64,000 nt of DNA, taken from contig CAVQEQ010000003.1 of assembly GCA_963711565.1 (NCBI GenBank), positions 520,958 to 584,957 of the forward strand, given 5' to 3'. Under the pieces are notes generated by a model that saw nothing but the letters and a program-made list of their open reading frames with translations, was not told the DNA's origin and did not search any database. This document shows positions 46,739 to 55,274 of the stretch, piece after piece (positions within the stretch are counted from its first letter, which is position 1; each line of letters starts with the position of its first letter). The translations under genes were made by a program, and so were the position numbers. The stretch is from an uncultured delta proteobacterium. GTDB taxonomy: Bacteria; Desulfobacterota; Binatia; Binatales; Binataceae.

Positions 46739-47421
46739 TCAAGACTTGCTGAGCAGATGACGGAAGAGGTCGGCCGCCGACTTGCCGGCCTCCTCAGCAA
46801 AGGGCTCGTTCAGGAACTCAACGTCGTTCATGCGGTCGACGCGGAAGAAACGGAAATCATCGCGCAGCTCACACCACGACGCGGCGGTCCAAAACGGTGG
46901 ATAGAACCAGAGGCTCAAGGGACGCACCTTGCGACGAGTCTCGGCGCCCTTCTCGTCGCAATATCGGAAGCGAACTTTTGTGCATCCGCGAATCGCGGCG
47001 CGCAAACGTCCAAGATCGAATGTCACCGGCACCCGGCGGACGTTTTCGGCGCCCACAGCGATCGATCGTCCAACATCCGCTGCAGGTGCGCCGGCAGAAC
47101 GTTCTCGATCTTCGACAACGCCGCGTCCGCCGCGCGCCCCAGCTCGGCATCGCTCCAGTTCTGCACCATGCGCGCGCCGAAGACGAGCGCCTCGAGCTCG
47201 CTCTCACTGAACATCAGCGGCGGCAGATCGTAACCCTTGCGCAACGAGTAGCCGATGCCGGCCGCGCCCTCGATAGGGACTTTGCTTGCGATCAGGTCGC
47301 GAATGTCGCGGTAGATTGTTCGCTCGCTGGTGTTGAACTGTTCGGCGAGCGAATGGGCGGTAACCACGCGGCGTCTGCGCAGCCGCTGAATGATCTCGAA
47401 CAGGCGATCCGCGCGACGCAT
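46739..47421 (-). pseudogene. YafY-type transcriptional regulator (HTH_11 plus WYL domain), reading frame broken near 47025-47100
   Basis: The N-terminal frame (47421-47023) encodes MRRADRLFEIIQRLRRRRVVTAHSLAEQFNTSERTIYRDIRDL, a YafY HTH. The C-terminal frame (47056-46739) encodes a WYL domain (FRYCDEKGAETRRKVRPLSLWFYPPFWTAASWC). The frames differ by 1 nt. Confidence 0.6.
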
Positions 47422-47482
47422 GATAATTGAGCTTCTCTCACTGTCGTCGTCGAACGGCAACACCCGCGGGTTTCACATTCGA

Positions 47483-49408
47483 TCAAGTTCCGCCGCTGCT
47501 AAGTTCCGCCGGAGTGCGCAGCAACCCATACGCGGTCACCGCGAAGAAGACGGCGAGGTTGATCGATGCCGCCCCGATCAGCGCGGCGTTCAGATGGTCG
47601 GGGAAATATGACGAGGTGTCGGTGAGATGCTTGATGTAGACGAGGTTGAACAGGAACGTCGCGCTGACCACGCCGAAAATCGAGGTGAGAAATTCGCTCT
47701 CCAGCGCGATCGGAATCAGGAAGACCAGCGGGTAGTAGAGATATCGCTCGTGCATCCGCGGCGCGAACATGAAGAAGCCGAACAGCGCGACGAAAATTGC
47801 GAGCAGCGCCGCACGAGCCGACCGCGCGCGCCAAATCATGTACGACGCGATCAGGTAAACGGCGCACGTCAGCGAAAGTCCGAACGCGCTGTACGAAACG
47901 CCGCCGAAGACTTTGTCGGTGTCGGGCGTGCCCATCCCGCCGATCAACCCCATGAAGTTGAACGCGCCGACCGACGCTTCGCTGAAGCGCGTCCCGAGGT
48001 CTTTGTATACGTTGATTATCCAGTCCCACGAATGCCCGAGTTGATACGGCAGGATTCCTATCGCAACCGTGCCCGCGACCGCACTAGCGCACCACACGCA
48101 TTCGACGATGCCCGCGTTGAAAAGCGTCCACAGCGCTAGCGGCGGCGTAAATGCGAGCGCTTGCGGCTTAGCCAGCATCGCGATCGCGGCCGCACTCCAG
48201 CCGAGGCGGTAGCGGCCGGTGAGGATCAGAATCGCTGCCGCGATCATCGGCAGCGCGACGACCGAATCGCTCTGGCCCCATACCACAGTGTCGAAGATGA
48301 GCGCCGGGTTGAGCGCGAACAGCATCATTATAATGAGGGCGCGCGGGCCGCGTCCGTCGCGCCACGTCGCGAAGTAAAGCGTTAGGCCGATGAAGAGATC
48401 GGCAATCAGCGGCGGCGTCTCGACGATCACGCGAAAGCCGTTCGCGGTCGGCTCGAGCAACCTGCCTATCCATCCCGAGAGCCACAGCAGGTACAGCGAC
48501 CCAGGCGGATAGGCGTCAACCGGCAGGCCGGGATCGTAAATCTTCGACGGCCCCAGCGCGGCGGCCAGGAGAGCGCGATTGGTCTTCGCCCAGATGTCCC
48601 AATAGAAGCCGGTAAAATGAAACAGTGCGGCGAACTTGATGGCCGTAATCGCCAGCATGAGGCCTGCCGCGAGCATCCACGCTCCCTGACCTGCCCAAAG
48701 AGCGGGCCGCGCTATCTCAAACAGCGCCCATCCCAGGATCGCGAGCAGGACAATCCCGCAGACGATGCCCGTCGCGCGGATCGAGATTGTAGCGTCGGGC
48801 TGATGCAGCTGATCCTTGTAGAGTGTGCGGATTGCAGCGAGATTAAATCTGACTACGCCCATCGGCGGCGGAGTCGAAACCTCGATCACCTTGATATTGC
48901 GAAATGAGGCGCGCCCCGTATCCGGATTTCCCGCAACGCCCAACTGGCAGAGCAATTCAGTCGTGTCGCCCCATCGATCTTCGATCAAGAAAAATGAAAC
49001 GGTTTGCCAGTCCTTGGTGCCTTGCAGATGATTCGAGATGAGCTGGATGCCGTCGAAGGTGCTGATCGCGATGTTCGCGCCGCCTTCATGCGGCATCGCA
49101 CCCTCGACGCGCGCTTCGGCGCTCACCTTGTAAATCCCCGGCCGCAGCATCAGTGCCTGATGCCAGCTCGAAAACGTCCGGCTGTTGTTCGCGATGCCAA
49201 GCACGCCGCCAGCGGCCGGCGTATAGGTCCATGAAAACTTTGTCAGCTTCTTGTCGGAAGACAACGCGTACCAATCGGCCGGCGCGCCGTCGAAGCCGGA
49301 CGCGAGGTCCGGGTTCTTGACGAGATTGGTCTGGGCGAAGGCGCAGAGCGGCCCCCAGAGCCATGATGCGCACAGTACCAGCGCCACAACCGCGATGAAT
49401 CGACGCAT
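47483..49408 (-). CDS. GT-C-fold integral membrane glycosyltransferase-like protein (DUF2029/PMT-like) with N-terminal periplasmic beta-rich domain
   Basis: Signal peptide followed by a ~200-aa soluble domain. Then 10 or more TM helices with conserved acidic-residue loops typical of lipid-linked sugar transferases. Confidence 0.5.
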   Translation of the reverse strand: MRRFIAVVALVLCASWLWGPLCAFAQTNLVKNPDLASGFDGAPADWYALSSDKKLTKFSWTYTPAAGGVLGIANNSRTFSSWHQALMLRPGIYKVSAEARVEGAMPHEGGANIAISTFDGIQLISNHLQGTKDWQTVSFFLIEDRWGDTTELLCQLGVAGNPDTGRASFRNIKVIEVSTPPPMGVVRFNLAAIRTLYKDQLHQPDATISIRATGIVCGIVLLAILGWALFEIARPALWAGQGAWMLAAGLMLAITAIKFAALFHFTGFYWDIWAKTNRALLAAALGPSKIYDPGLPVDAYPPGSLYLLWLSGWIGRLLEPTANGFRVIVETPPLIADLFIGLTLYFATWRDGRGPRALIIMMLFALNPALIFDTVVWGQSDSVVALPMIAAAILILTGRYRLGWSAAAIAMLAKPQALAFTPPLALWTLFNAGIVECVWCASAVAGTVAIGILPYQLGHSWDWIINVYKDLGTRFSEASVGAFNFMGLIGGMGTPDTDKVFGGVSYSAFGLSLTCAVYLIASYMIWRARSARAALLAIFVALFGFFMFAPRMHERYLYYPLVFLIPIALESEFLTSIFGVVSATFLFNLVYIKHLTDTSSYFPDHLNAALIGAASINLAVFFAVTAYGLLRTPAELSSGGT

Positions 49409-49556
49409 TAGTTAAACGGAATCCGATGCCGCGAGGGGTACCGATTCATGGGCATCCAAGCAAGTGTGGATATGCATATGCAAGACCTGCTGCGTTTTCG
49501 GCCAGCCCCGGCTAGGATGTGCCGCAGTTGGCTCGCAACCATGGGAGGGATTTGCG

Positions 49557-49958
49557 ATGGCTGAGAAATCGCGCGGCACCGCGCTCACGATCTTCGCGCT
49601 CCTGTTCGGACTTCTCGCGATCTCCAACTTCGCCAAACCGTTTCACATCTTCGCCGGAGACGGCTTCGTCTTCATGGGCGTCAAGCAGACCGGCACCCCC
49701 AATGCGATCCTCGGACCGCTGTTCGGGGTCCTCCTGTTGATTTACGCTTACGGCATCTGGACGATGCGCCGCTACGCGCTGCCGGTGGCGTACATCTATA
49801 CAGCATGGGTGATCGTCAACATGGTTCTGTTCACTTTGAAGAACCAGGCCGCTCAGCCGACTCCCCCGGTGTTTGCGATTATTTCTATCGTAATTGGCGT
49901 TGGCATCCCGCTCGCGACGGCGATCATTCTGTCGCGCCGCAGCGCTGAGCTCGGTTGA
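49557..49958 (+). CDS. Small 4-TM membrane protein, unknown function (paralog 1)
   Basis: MAEKSRGTALTIFALLFGLLAISNFAKPFHIFAGDGFVFMGVK... has four hydrophobic helices. It aligns residue by residue with the downstream ORF. Confidence 0.55.
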   Translation: MAEKSRGTALTIFALLFGLLAISNFAKPFHIFAGDGFVFMGVKQTGTPNAILGPLFGVLLLIYAYGIWTMRRYALPVAYIYTAWVIVNMVLFTLKNQAAQPTPPVFAIISIVIGVGIPLATAIILSRRSAELG

Positions 49959-49976
49959 TTGAGCGACGAATCCACG

Positions 49977-50387
49977 ATGAGAGCGAAACCGCGCGGCGCA
50001 ACTCTGACGATTCTCGCGCTACTGCTCGCGCTGATGGTGATTTCCGATTTCCACAAGCCGTTCGCGCATCATCCCGGCGAAGGCTTCGTGTTCTTTGGCA
50101 CGCGCCTTGCGGGCACCGCCAACACGATCGTCGCACCGATTTTCGGGATCATCCTCGCCGTGTACGTGTACGGAATTTTTGCGATGCGCAAGTTTGCGCT
50201 GCCGCTCGGAATTTTTTACGCGGCATACGTGATCCTCAATATGCCGCTGTTCATCCTAACGTACCACGGCACCCCGGTGATGCAGGAGCATTCGTGGGCG
50301 TACCTCGTCCCCTACCCCTTCGTCGCGATCGGCGTCTCGTCGGGCGCGGCCTGGCTGCTGTATCGACGCAAAGCCGACCTGCGCTGA
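49977..50387 (+). CDS. Small 4-TM membrane protein, unknown function (paralog 2, tandem duplicate)
   Basis: MRAKPRGATLTILALLLALMVISDFHKPFAHHPGEGFVFFGTR... has the same architecture as 49557-49958, with ~45% identity by eye. Confidence 0.55.
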   Translation: MRAKPRGATLTILALLLALMVISDFHKPFAHHPGEGFVFFGTRLAGTANTIVAPIFGIILAVYVYGIFAMRKFALPLGIFYAAYVILNMPLFILTYHGTPVMQEHSWAYLVPYPFVAIGVSSGAAWLLYRRKADLR

Positions 50388-50450
50388 AGCCTCTTCTATT
50401 GACAACCCATCGCTTGTCAAGTAATCCTTGACACGAGGTTCAAGTCGATC

Positions 50451-50798
50451 ATGGTCAATGGCAAGATGTTGTATTGCTCGTTCTGCCGAAAGAGCGACGA
50501 GCAACTCAAGAAACTCATCGCAGGGCCCGCCGTCTTTATCTGCGACGATTGCATCGAGCTCTGCAACCGCATCCTCGGTGGCAAACCGGTTCCCGCGTTT
50601 CCGGGATTTGACTCGCTCAAGACGGACGATCTCCTGAAGACCCTGGTACCAGCCGCCGAGCAGCTTCGCAAAACCGAAGATGTGCTTCGTCAGCACGTCT
50701 CCGCTCTTCGCAAGCGGGAGGTGACCTGGACGCGAATCGGCGAAGCCTTGGGTGTTAGCAGACAGGCGGCATGGGAGCGGTTCTCGCAAGAGGAATAG
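50451..50798 (+). CDS. ClpX-type C4 zinc-finger protein with C-terminal HTH
   Basis: [36 protein letters not shown] is a near-match to the ClpX N-terminal zinc-binding domain. The C-terminus [21 protein letters not shown] is HTH-like. No AAA+ module. Confidence 0.65.
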   Translation: MVNGKMLYCSFCRKSDEQLKKLIAGPAVFICDDCIELCNRILGGKPVPAFPGFDSLKTDDLLKTLVPAAEQLRKTEDVLRQHVSALRKREVTWTRIGEALGVSRQAAWERFSQEE

Positions 50799-50905
50799 CG
50801 TCGTCGTCCCCGTGACTGCCCTTCGAGCATAGAGTCTGGCGAATCCTGGCGGTAGAATTGGCGTTGGCCGCGAACGCCTCGACCGCGGCTCCGCGAGGTG
50901 CGCAG

Positions 50906-52144
50906 ATGAAACGATCGCACACTGGATCGATCATGGGACGACGCGAGTTCCTGAAACGCGGTGTGCTGGCCGGCGTGGGCGTATCGATCCTGCCGCTGGC
51001 CGGCAGCGCGAGCGCATCGCTCGAAGCGGCGCCGCGCGTCCGCCGCTACTCGACGCTTGGCCGCACCGGTCTCAGGATTTCCGACATCTCGTTCGGCGCG
51101 AGCCGCCTGACTTCCGGGGAGGAAGACCTCGTGCGCCACGCCTACGATTGCGGGGTCAACTACTTCGACTCGGCCGATACTTACAGCGACGGCGAATCCG
51201 AGACCACGATCGGCAACGCGCTCAAGGGCAAGCGCGACAAGGTCTTCCTGACCTCGAAGACGATGGCGGGCGCGGACGACAGCCGCGCTTCGATAATGAC
51301 CGCGCTCGAAGGAAGCCTGCGCCGCCTGCAAACCGACCACGTTGACGTGTACTTCAACCATGCGGTCAACGATCCAGCGCGCCTGAAAAATCCCGAGTGG
51401 TACGAATTCGTCACGCAGGCGAAGCGCCAGGGAAAGATTCGCTTCACCGGGATGTCGGGACACGCCGGCAATCTTGCCGAATGCGTTGACTACGCGATCG
51501 ACAGCGGCCACTTCGACGTAATTCTGTGCGCGCACAACTTCGGCCAGGACCCGCGCTTTTACCAGCAATTCACGCGCAACTTCGATATGGTCGCGCGACA
51601 GCCCGAGTTGCCGCGCCTGATGGGGAAGGCAAATCAGCACGGCGTCGGCGTGGTCGTGATGAAAACCTTGATGGGCGCGCGCTTGAACGACATGCGTCCG
51701 TACGAATCGGGCGGTGCGACTTTTTCGCAGGCGGCGTTTCGATGGGTGCTGTCGAATCCGAACGTTAACGGGCTGATCGTCTCGATGACGAGCAGGCAAA
51801 TGATCGACGAATACCTGGGCGCGTCGGGAGCGCGCGCGACCGCCGCCGCGGATCTTCCGCTGTTGAATCGTTACGCGAGTCTCAACGGCGATTCGCAATG
51901 CCGTCCGGCGTGCAACGAGTGCGCGACCGCATGCCCCTACGGCGTGCCGATCGCCGATGTGATGCGCACGCGGATGTACGCTCGCGACTACGGCGACCTG
52001 CGCTTTGCGCGCAGCGAATACGCGATGCTCTCATCGAATGCCGCGGCCTGTCTCACTTGCGATACGAAGCCCTGCGCCGGCGCGTGTCCGCACGGCATCG
52101 CGACCGAGGTGCTGCTCGCGCCGACCCATCGGATGCTCGCGTAG
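50906..52144 (+). CDS. Tat-exported aldo/keto reductase with C-terminal Cys-rich (2x[4Fe-4S] ferredoxin-like) extension
   Basis: Twin-arginine signal MGRREFLKRGVLAGVGVSILPLAGSASA. AKR core (GVNYFDSADTY, catalytic K in LTSK). C-terminal CRPACNECATACP and CLTCDTKPCAGACP motifs. Confidence 0.65.
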   Translation: MKRSHTGSIMGRREFLKRGVLAGVGVSILPLAGSASASLEAAPRVRRYSTLGRTGLRISDISFGASRLTSGEEDLVRHAYDCGVNYFDSADTYSDGESETTIGNALKGKRDKVFLTSKTMAGADDSRASIMTALEGSLRRLQTDHVDVYFNHAVNDPARLKNPEWYEFVTQAKRQGKIRFTGMSGHAGNLAECVDYAIDSGHFDVILCAHNFGQDPRFYQQFTRNFDMVARQPELPRLMGKANQHGVGVVVMKTLMGARLNDMRPYESGGATFSQAAFRWVLSNPNVNGLIVSMTSRQMIDEYLGASGARATAAADLPLLNRYASLNGDSQCRPACNECATACPYGVPIADVMRTRMYARDYGDLRFARSEYAMLSSNAAACLTCDTKPCAGACPHGIATEVLLAPTHRMLA

Positions 52145-52148
52145 CCAA

Positions 52149-53699
52149 TTGTCGCCGGGACGAAACCTATCGAGGACGATTTATAGTTTCCTGCTCATTG
52201 CGATTTTCATCATCGCGACGGGCGGGCAGCGGAGTTTTGCCGAAATGGATGCACCTGAAATCGCACGCCCGGGACTTGAATGGTTCAACGTCGCCGCTCC
52301 GCTGCCAATCGCGAGCCTGCAGGGCCGCATTGTAATTCTCGATTTCTGGACCGAAGGATGCATCAACTGCATCCAGATTATCCCGACGCTGCGCCGCGTC
52401 GAAGATAAGTATCCCGACAAGGTGGTGGTGATCGGAGTTCACTCGCCAAAGTTCGCCAACGAGAAAAACGCGCACAGCGTCAAGGACGCGATCCGCCGCT
52501 ACGAGCTTCGGCATCCGATCATTCACGATCCCGATATGACTATCTGGCGCGCGTACGGGGTGCAGGCGTGGCCGACGCTCGTCGTGATCGGCGCCGACGG
52601 CAAAATCGCCGGCTCGATTCCCGGTGAGCCCGATCCGGATCGATTCGTCGCCGCCATCGACAAACTTGTCGCGGACTCGTCGAAAGACGGCACTCTGAGG
52701 CCGGCGGCGCTCGATCTCGCGCTTATCCCGGAACCCAAGGGACGTTTCCTGTTCCCGGGCAAGCTGAAACCTGTGCCGGGTCACGACAAGCGATGGGCAC
52801 TCGCCGACGGCGGACATAATCAGATCGTTCTGCTCGACGACAACGGCAAGGAACTCGAGCGCTATGGCAGCGGCGAGGCCGGGCTGCTCGATGGCGCAAA
52901 GCGCGCCGCGCACTTCGATCATCCGCAGGGCTTGATCGCCTCGAGCGACGCAATCTTCGTGGCTGACACCGAGAATCACGCGATTCGGCGTATCGACCTG
53001 GTAACCGGCGCGGTGACGACTCTCGCCGGAACGGGCAAGCGCGGGACGCAGCTCGGCGCTGCCGAACCCGGCCGCACGCGCGCGCTGGCCTCTCCGTGGG
53101 ACCTCGAGAAAAAAGGCGACGAGCTGTTCTTCGCGAACGCCGGCACTCATCAGATAGGCGTGCTCGATCTCAAGAGCGGAACCGTCGCGACGCTCGCGGG
53201 CACTGGCGAGGAAGGCTTGCGTGACGGGCGCGCCGCGTCGGCTTCGATGGCGCAACCGAGCGGGCTGGCGTTGAGCGCCGACGGTAAGACGCTCTACGTC
53301 GCGGACAGCGAAAGCTCGGCGGTGCGCGCGATCGCGCTGTCGAAGGATCCTCAGATCGTCACGCTGGTGGGAGCCGGACTCTTCGATTTCGGATGGGTCA
53401 ACGGTGATTTCCAAAAGGCGCGCTTGCAGCATCCGCTGGGAGTCGCCGTCGATGGCGACGATCTACTGGTTGCCGATACCTACAACAGTGCGATTCGCGA
53501 GCTGGAACTGGCAAAGCACGAGGTCGTAGACTTCGACGGTGGAAAATTTACCTGCGTCGATCCGGTTTGCATTCCCACGCGCGAGCCGGCGGGAATCGTG
53601 GCTGACACTCCAGATCGAATTCTGTTGGTCGATACAGGTAATCATCGAATCGATGAGTATCGGCCCTCGCTCAAGACTTACCACACCTGGTCGCGCTGA
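52149..53699 (+). CDS. Secreted thioredoxin-like (redoxin, CxxC) domain fused to NHL-repeat beta-propeller
   Basis: Putative TTG start 5 nt after the AKR stop gives signal peptide MSPGRNLSRTIYSFLLIAIFIIATGGQRSFA. Trx-like VILDFWTEGCINCIQ. Six NHL repeats (FDHPQGLIASSDAIFVADTENHAIRRIDL ...). Confidence 0.6.
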   Translation: MSPGRNLSRTIYSFLLIAIFIIATGGQRSFAEMDAPEIARPGLEWFNVAAPLPIASLQGRIVILDFWTEGCINCIQIIPTLRRVEDKYPDKVVVIGVHSPKFANEKNAHSVKDAIRRYELRHPIIHDPDMTIWRAYGVQAWPTLVVIGADGKIAGSIPGEPDPDRFVAAIDKLVADSSKDGTLRPAALDLALIPEPKGRFLFPGKLKPVPGHDKRWALADGGHNQIVLLDDNGKELERYGSGEAGLLDGAKRAAHFDHPQGLIASSDAIFVADTENHAIRRIDLVTGAVTTLAGTGKRGTQLGAAEPGRTRALASPWDLEKKGDELFFANAGTHQIGVLDLKSGTVATLAGTGEEGLRDGRAASASMAQPSGLALSADGKTLYVADSESSAVRAIALSKDPQIVTLVGAGLFDFGWVNGDFQKARLQHPLGVAVDGDDLLVADTYNSAIRELELAKHEVVDFDGGKFTCVDPVCIPTREPAGIVADTPDRILLVDTGNHRIDEYRPSLKTYHTWSR

Positions 53700-53705
53700 T
53701 TTTCG

Positions 53706-54224
53706 TCAGGGGACAACTTCGAGCATCGTGACTCCGCGAATCCATCGCGCGTGCCGCTTGTCACCGGGAACCACGAATCGCAGCGGACCTTCATGATTGT
53801 CTAGCGGCTTGCCGTCGCGGCGATCAGCCAAAAGGATTATGCGATCGCTGAAATCGGGGTCGAATTCCGCCAGCGAGAAGAGCACATGGTAACCGTCCGC
53901 GGCTCGCGCGATAACGGCCACGGCCATCTTTGGTCCCTTTAATTCTTTGCCAAGCGGAGCGCCCGCCTTCTGCAGGATCTCCGCGACCGGCACTCCTGAA
54001 TACTCAACCGGAGTACCTTTTTCGTCGGTGACGTGGATTGTCTGCCGTGGAAATGCAGCGATATCGGCGAGGGTGAGGTCAAGGTGATTCGGAACATCGC
54101 CGGTGAGGTGGAGAGCAACCGGCGGCGCGGCTTGCGCAAACACATTCGCCGCTGCGCATAAGAGCAGCACGAGTAGCGAGGAGAAAATCGTGCGGGATCG
54201 CCAGTGTCGATCGACGAGCGTCAC
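53706..54224 (-). CDS. Secreted molybdopterin-binding (sulfite-oxidase-fold) domain protein
   Basis: Signal peptide. Oxidoreductase Mo-binding-domain-like segments (YSGVPVAEIL, GPLRFVVPGDKRHARWIRGVTMLEV). Confidence 0.5.
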   Translation of the reverse strand: MTLVDRHWRSRTIFSSLLVLLLCAAANVFAQAAPPVALHLTGDVPNHLDLTLADIAAFPRQTIHVTDEKGTPVEYSGVPVAEILQKAGAPLGKELKGPKMAVAVIARAADGYHVLFSLAEFDPDFSDRIILLADRRDGKPLDNHEGPLRFVVPGDKRHARWIRGVTMLEVVP

Positions 54225-54225
54225 G

Positions 54226-54432
54226 CTAGCCTTTCTGGATCATGACTTCGGTGGCCTTGATCACCGCGGTCACCTTGTCGCCCTTCTTGAGGCCCATTTC
54301 CTCGGCGCTCCGCTTGGTGATAACCGACTCGACGATATTGTCGCCGACCTTCACCGTGATGAGCGCGGTGACGGTGCCGAGAATCACTTCGGTGATTTCG
54401 CCCTTCAGATGATTGCGAGCGCTGAGTGGCAT
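54226..54432 (-). CDS. Mop/TOBE-domain molybdate-binding protein
   Basis: 68 aa. NHLKGEITEVILGTVTALITVKVGD...GLKKGDKVTAVIKATEVMI is a classic TOBE domain. Confidence 0.75.
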   Translation of the reverse strand: MPLSARNHLKGEITEVILGTVTALITVKVGDNIVESVITKRSAEEMGLKKGDKVTAVIKATEVMIQKG

Positions 54433-54530
54433 AGAAACTTTTCTCCTGGCGTAGCTTGTGGGCGGCTCAGTTTTGTTTCACAAACCTGCCACAACACTTG
54501 ATACTCTGCCAGACTGGTCAACGGAGCAAG

Positions 54531-55214
54531 ATGGACACCGAAACATTGGAAAAAACTGGCGCGAGCTTTTCCGTCGCATCTTTGATGACTGCGCGCAAGA
54601 ATACTAAGGAAGCGATTGTGCAGATCGCGCGCTCGATCGAGCCGGAGATGCTCGAAGACGACGCTCGCGTGATGGCCAAAGAAACTCTGGTGCGTCTTGG
54701 TTCGCGCAAGGGATGGCATCGCATCCTGGTCCGTTTCGGACCGAATACGATCAAGAACTTCCGGGATCCGTCCGAACCCGGCACTCGCCTGCGCGACGGC
54801 GATATCTTCTTTCTCGATATCGGCCCGGTGTGGGGCGATACCGAAGGCGACGGTGGCGAGACTTTCGTCGTCGGGAAAAATCCCGAGCCCGAGATGCGGC
54901 GCTGCGCTGAAGACGTTAAGCGGATCTTCCACATCGTCCGCAGCCAGTGGCTTCAAAGCCGAATGACCGGTAAGGAACTCTACGATTTCGCCTACAATAC
55001 TGCGGCCGACCTCGGATGGGTGCTCAACCTGGACCTCACCGGTCATCGTCTGTCAGAGTTCCCGCACAGCGCCCACTATGACGGGACACTTGCCGCGGTA
55101 TCGATTCGTCCTTCACCGAATCTGTGGGTACTCGAGATTCAGATTCGACATCCGACGAAACCTATTGGCGGATTTTTCGAGGACCTGCTGCTCGAAGACA
55201 AAGATTATCTTTGA
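54531..55214 (+). CDS. M24-like (pita-bread fold) peptidase-family protein, possibly catalytically degenerate
   Basis: Creatinase/prolidase-like C-terminal domain (DGDIFFLDIGPVWGD, LDLTGHRLSEFPH). No N-terminal domain. Confidence 0.45.
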   Translation: MDTETLEKTGASFSVASLMTARKNTKEAIVQIARSIEPEMLEDDARVMAKETLVRLGSRKGWHRILVRFGPNTIKNFRDPSEPGTRLRDGDIFFLDIGPVWGDTEGDGGETFVVGKNPEPEMRRCAEDVKRIFHIVRSQWLQSRMTGKELYDFAYNTAADLGWVLNLDLTGHRLSEFPHSAHYDGTLAAVSIRPSPNLWVLEIQIRHPTKPIGGFFEDLLLEDKDYL

Positions 55215-55274
55215 AACAGCGACGCTCCTGAAGATTCCCCAGGAGCGTCGCTGCTGAGTATTCGGTCGCGTGAG

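Noticed and set aside
50690-51898. 402-aa ORF antisense to the AKR gene
   Set aside because: Off-frame artefact. The AKR has a Tat signal and catalytic motifs in the sense frame.
52167-53432. 421-aa ORF antisense to the Trx-NHL gene
   Set aside because: No motifs. The sense frame contains CxxC and NHL repeats.
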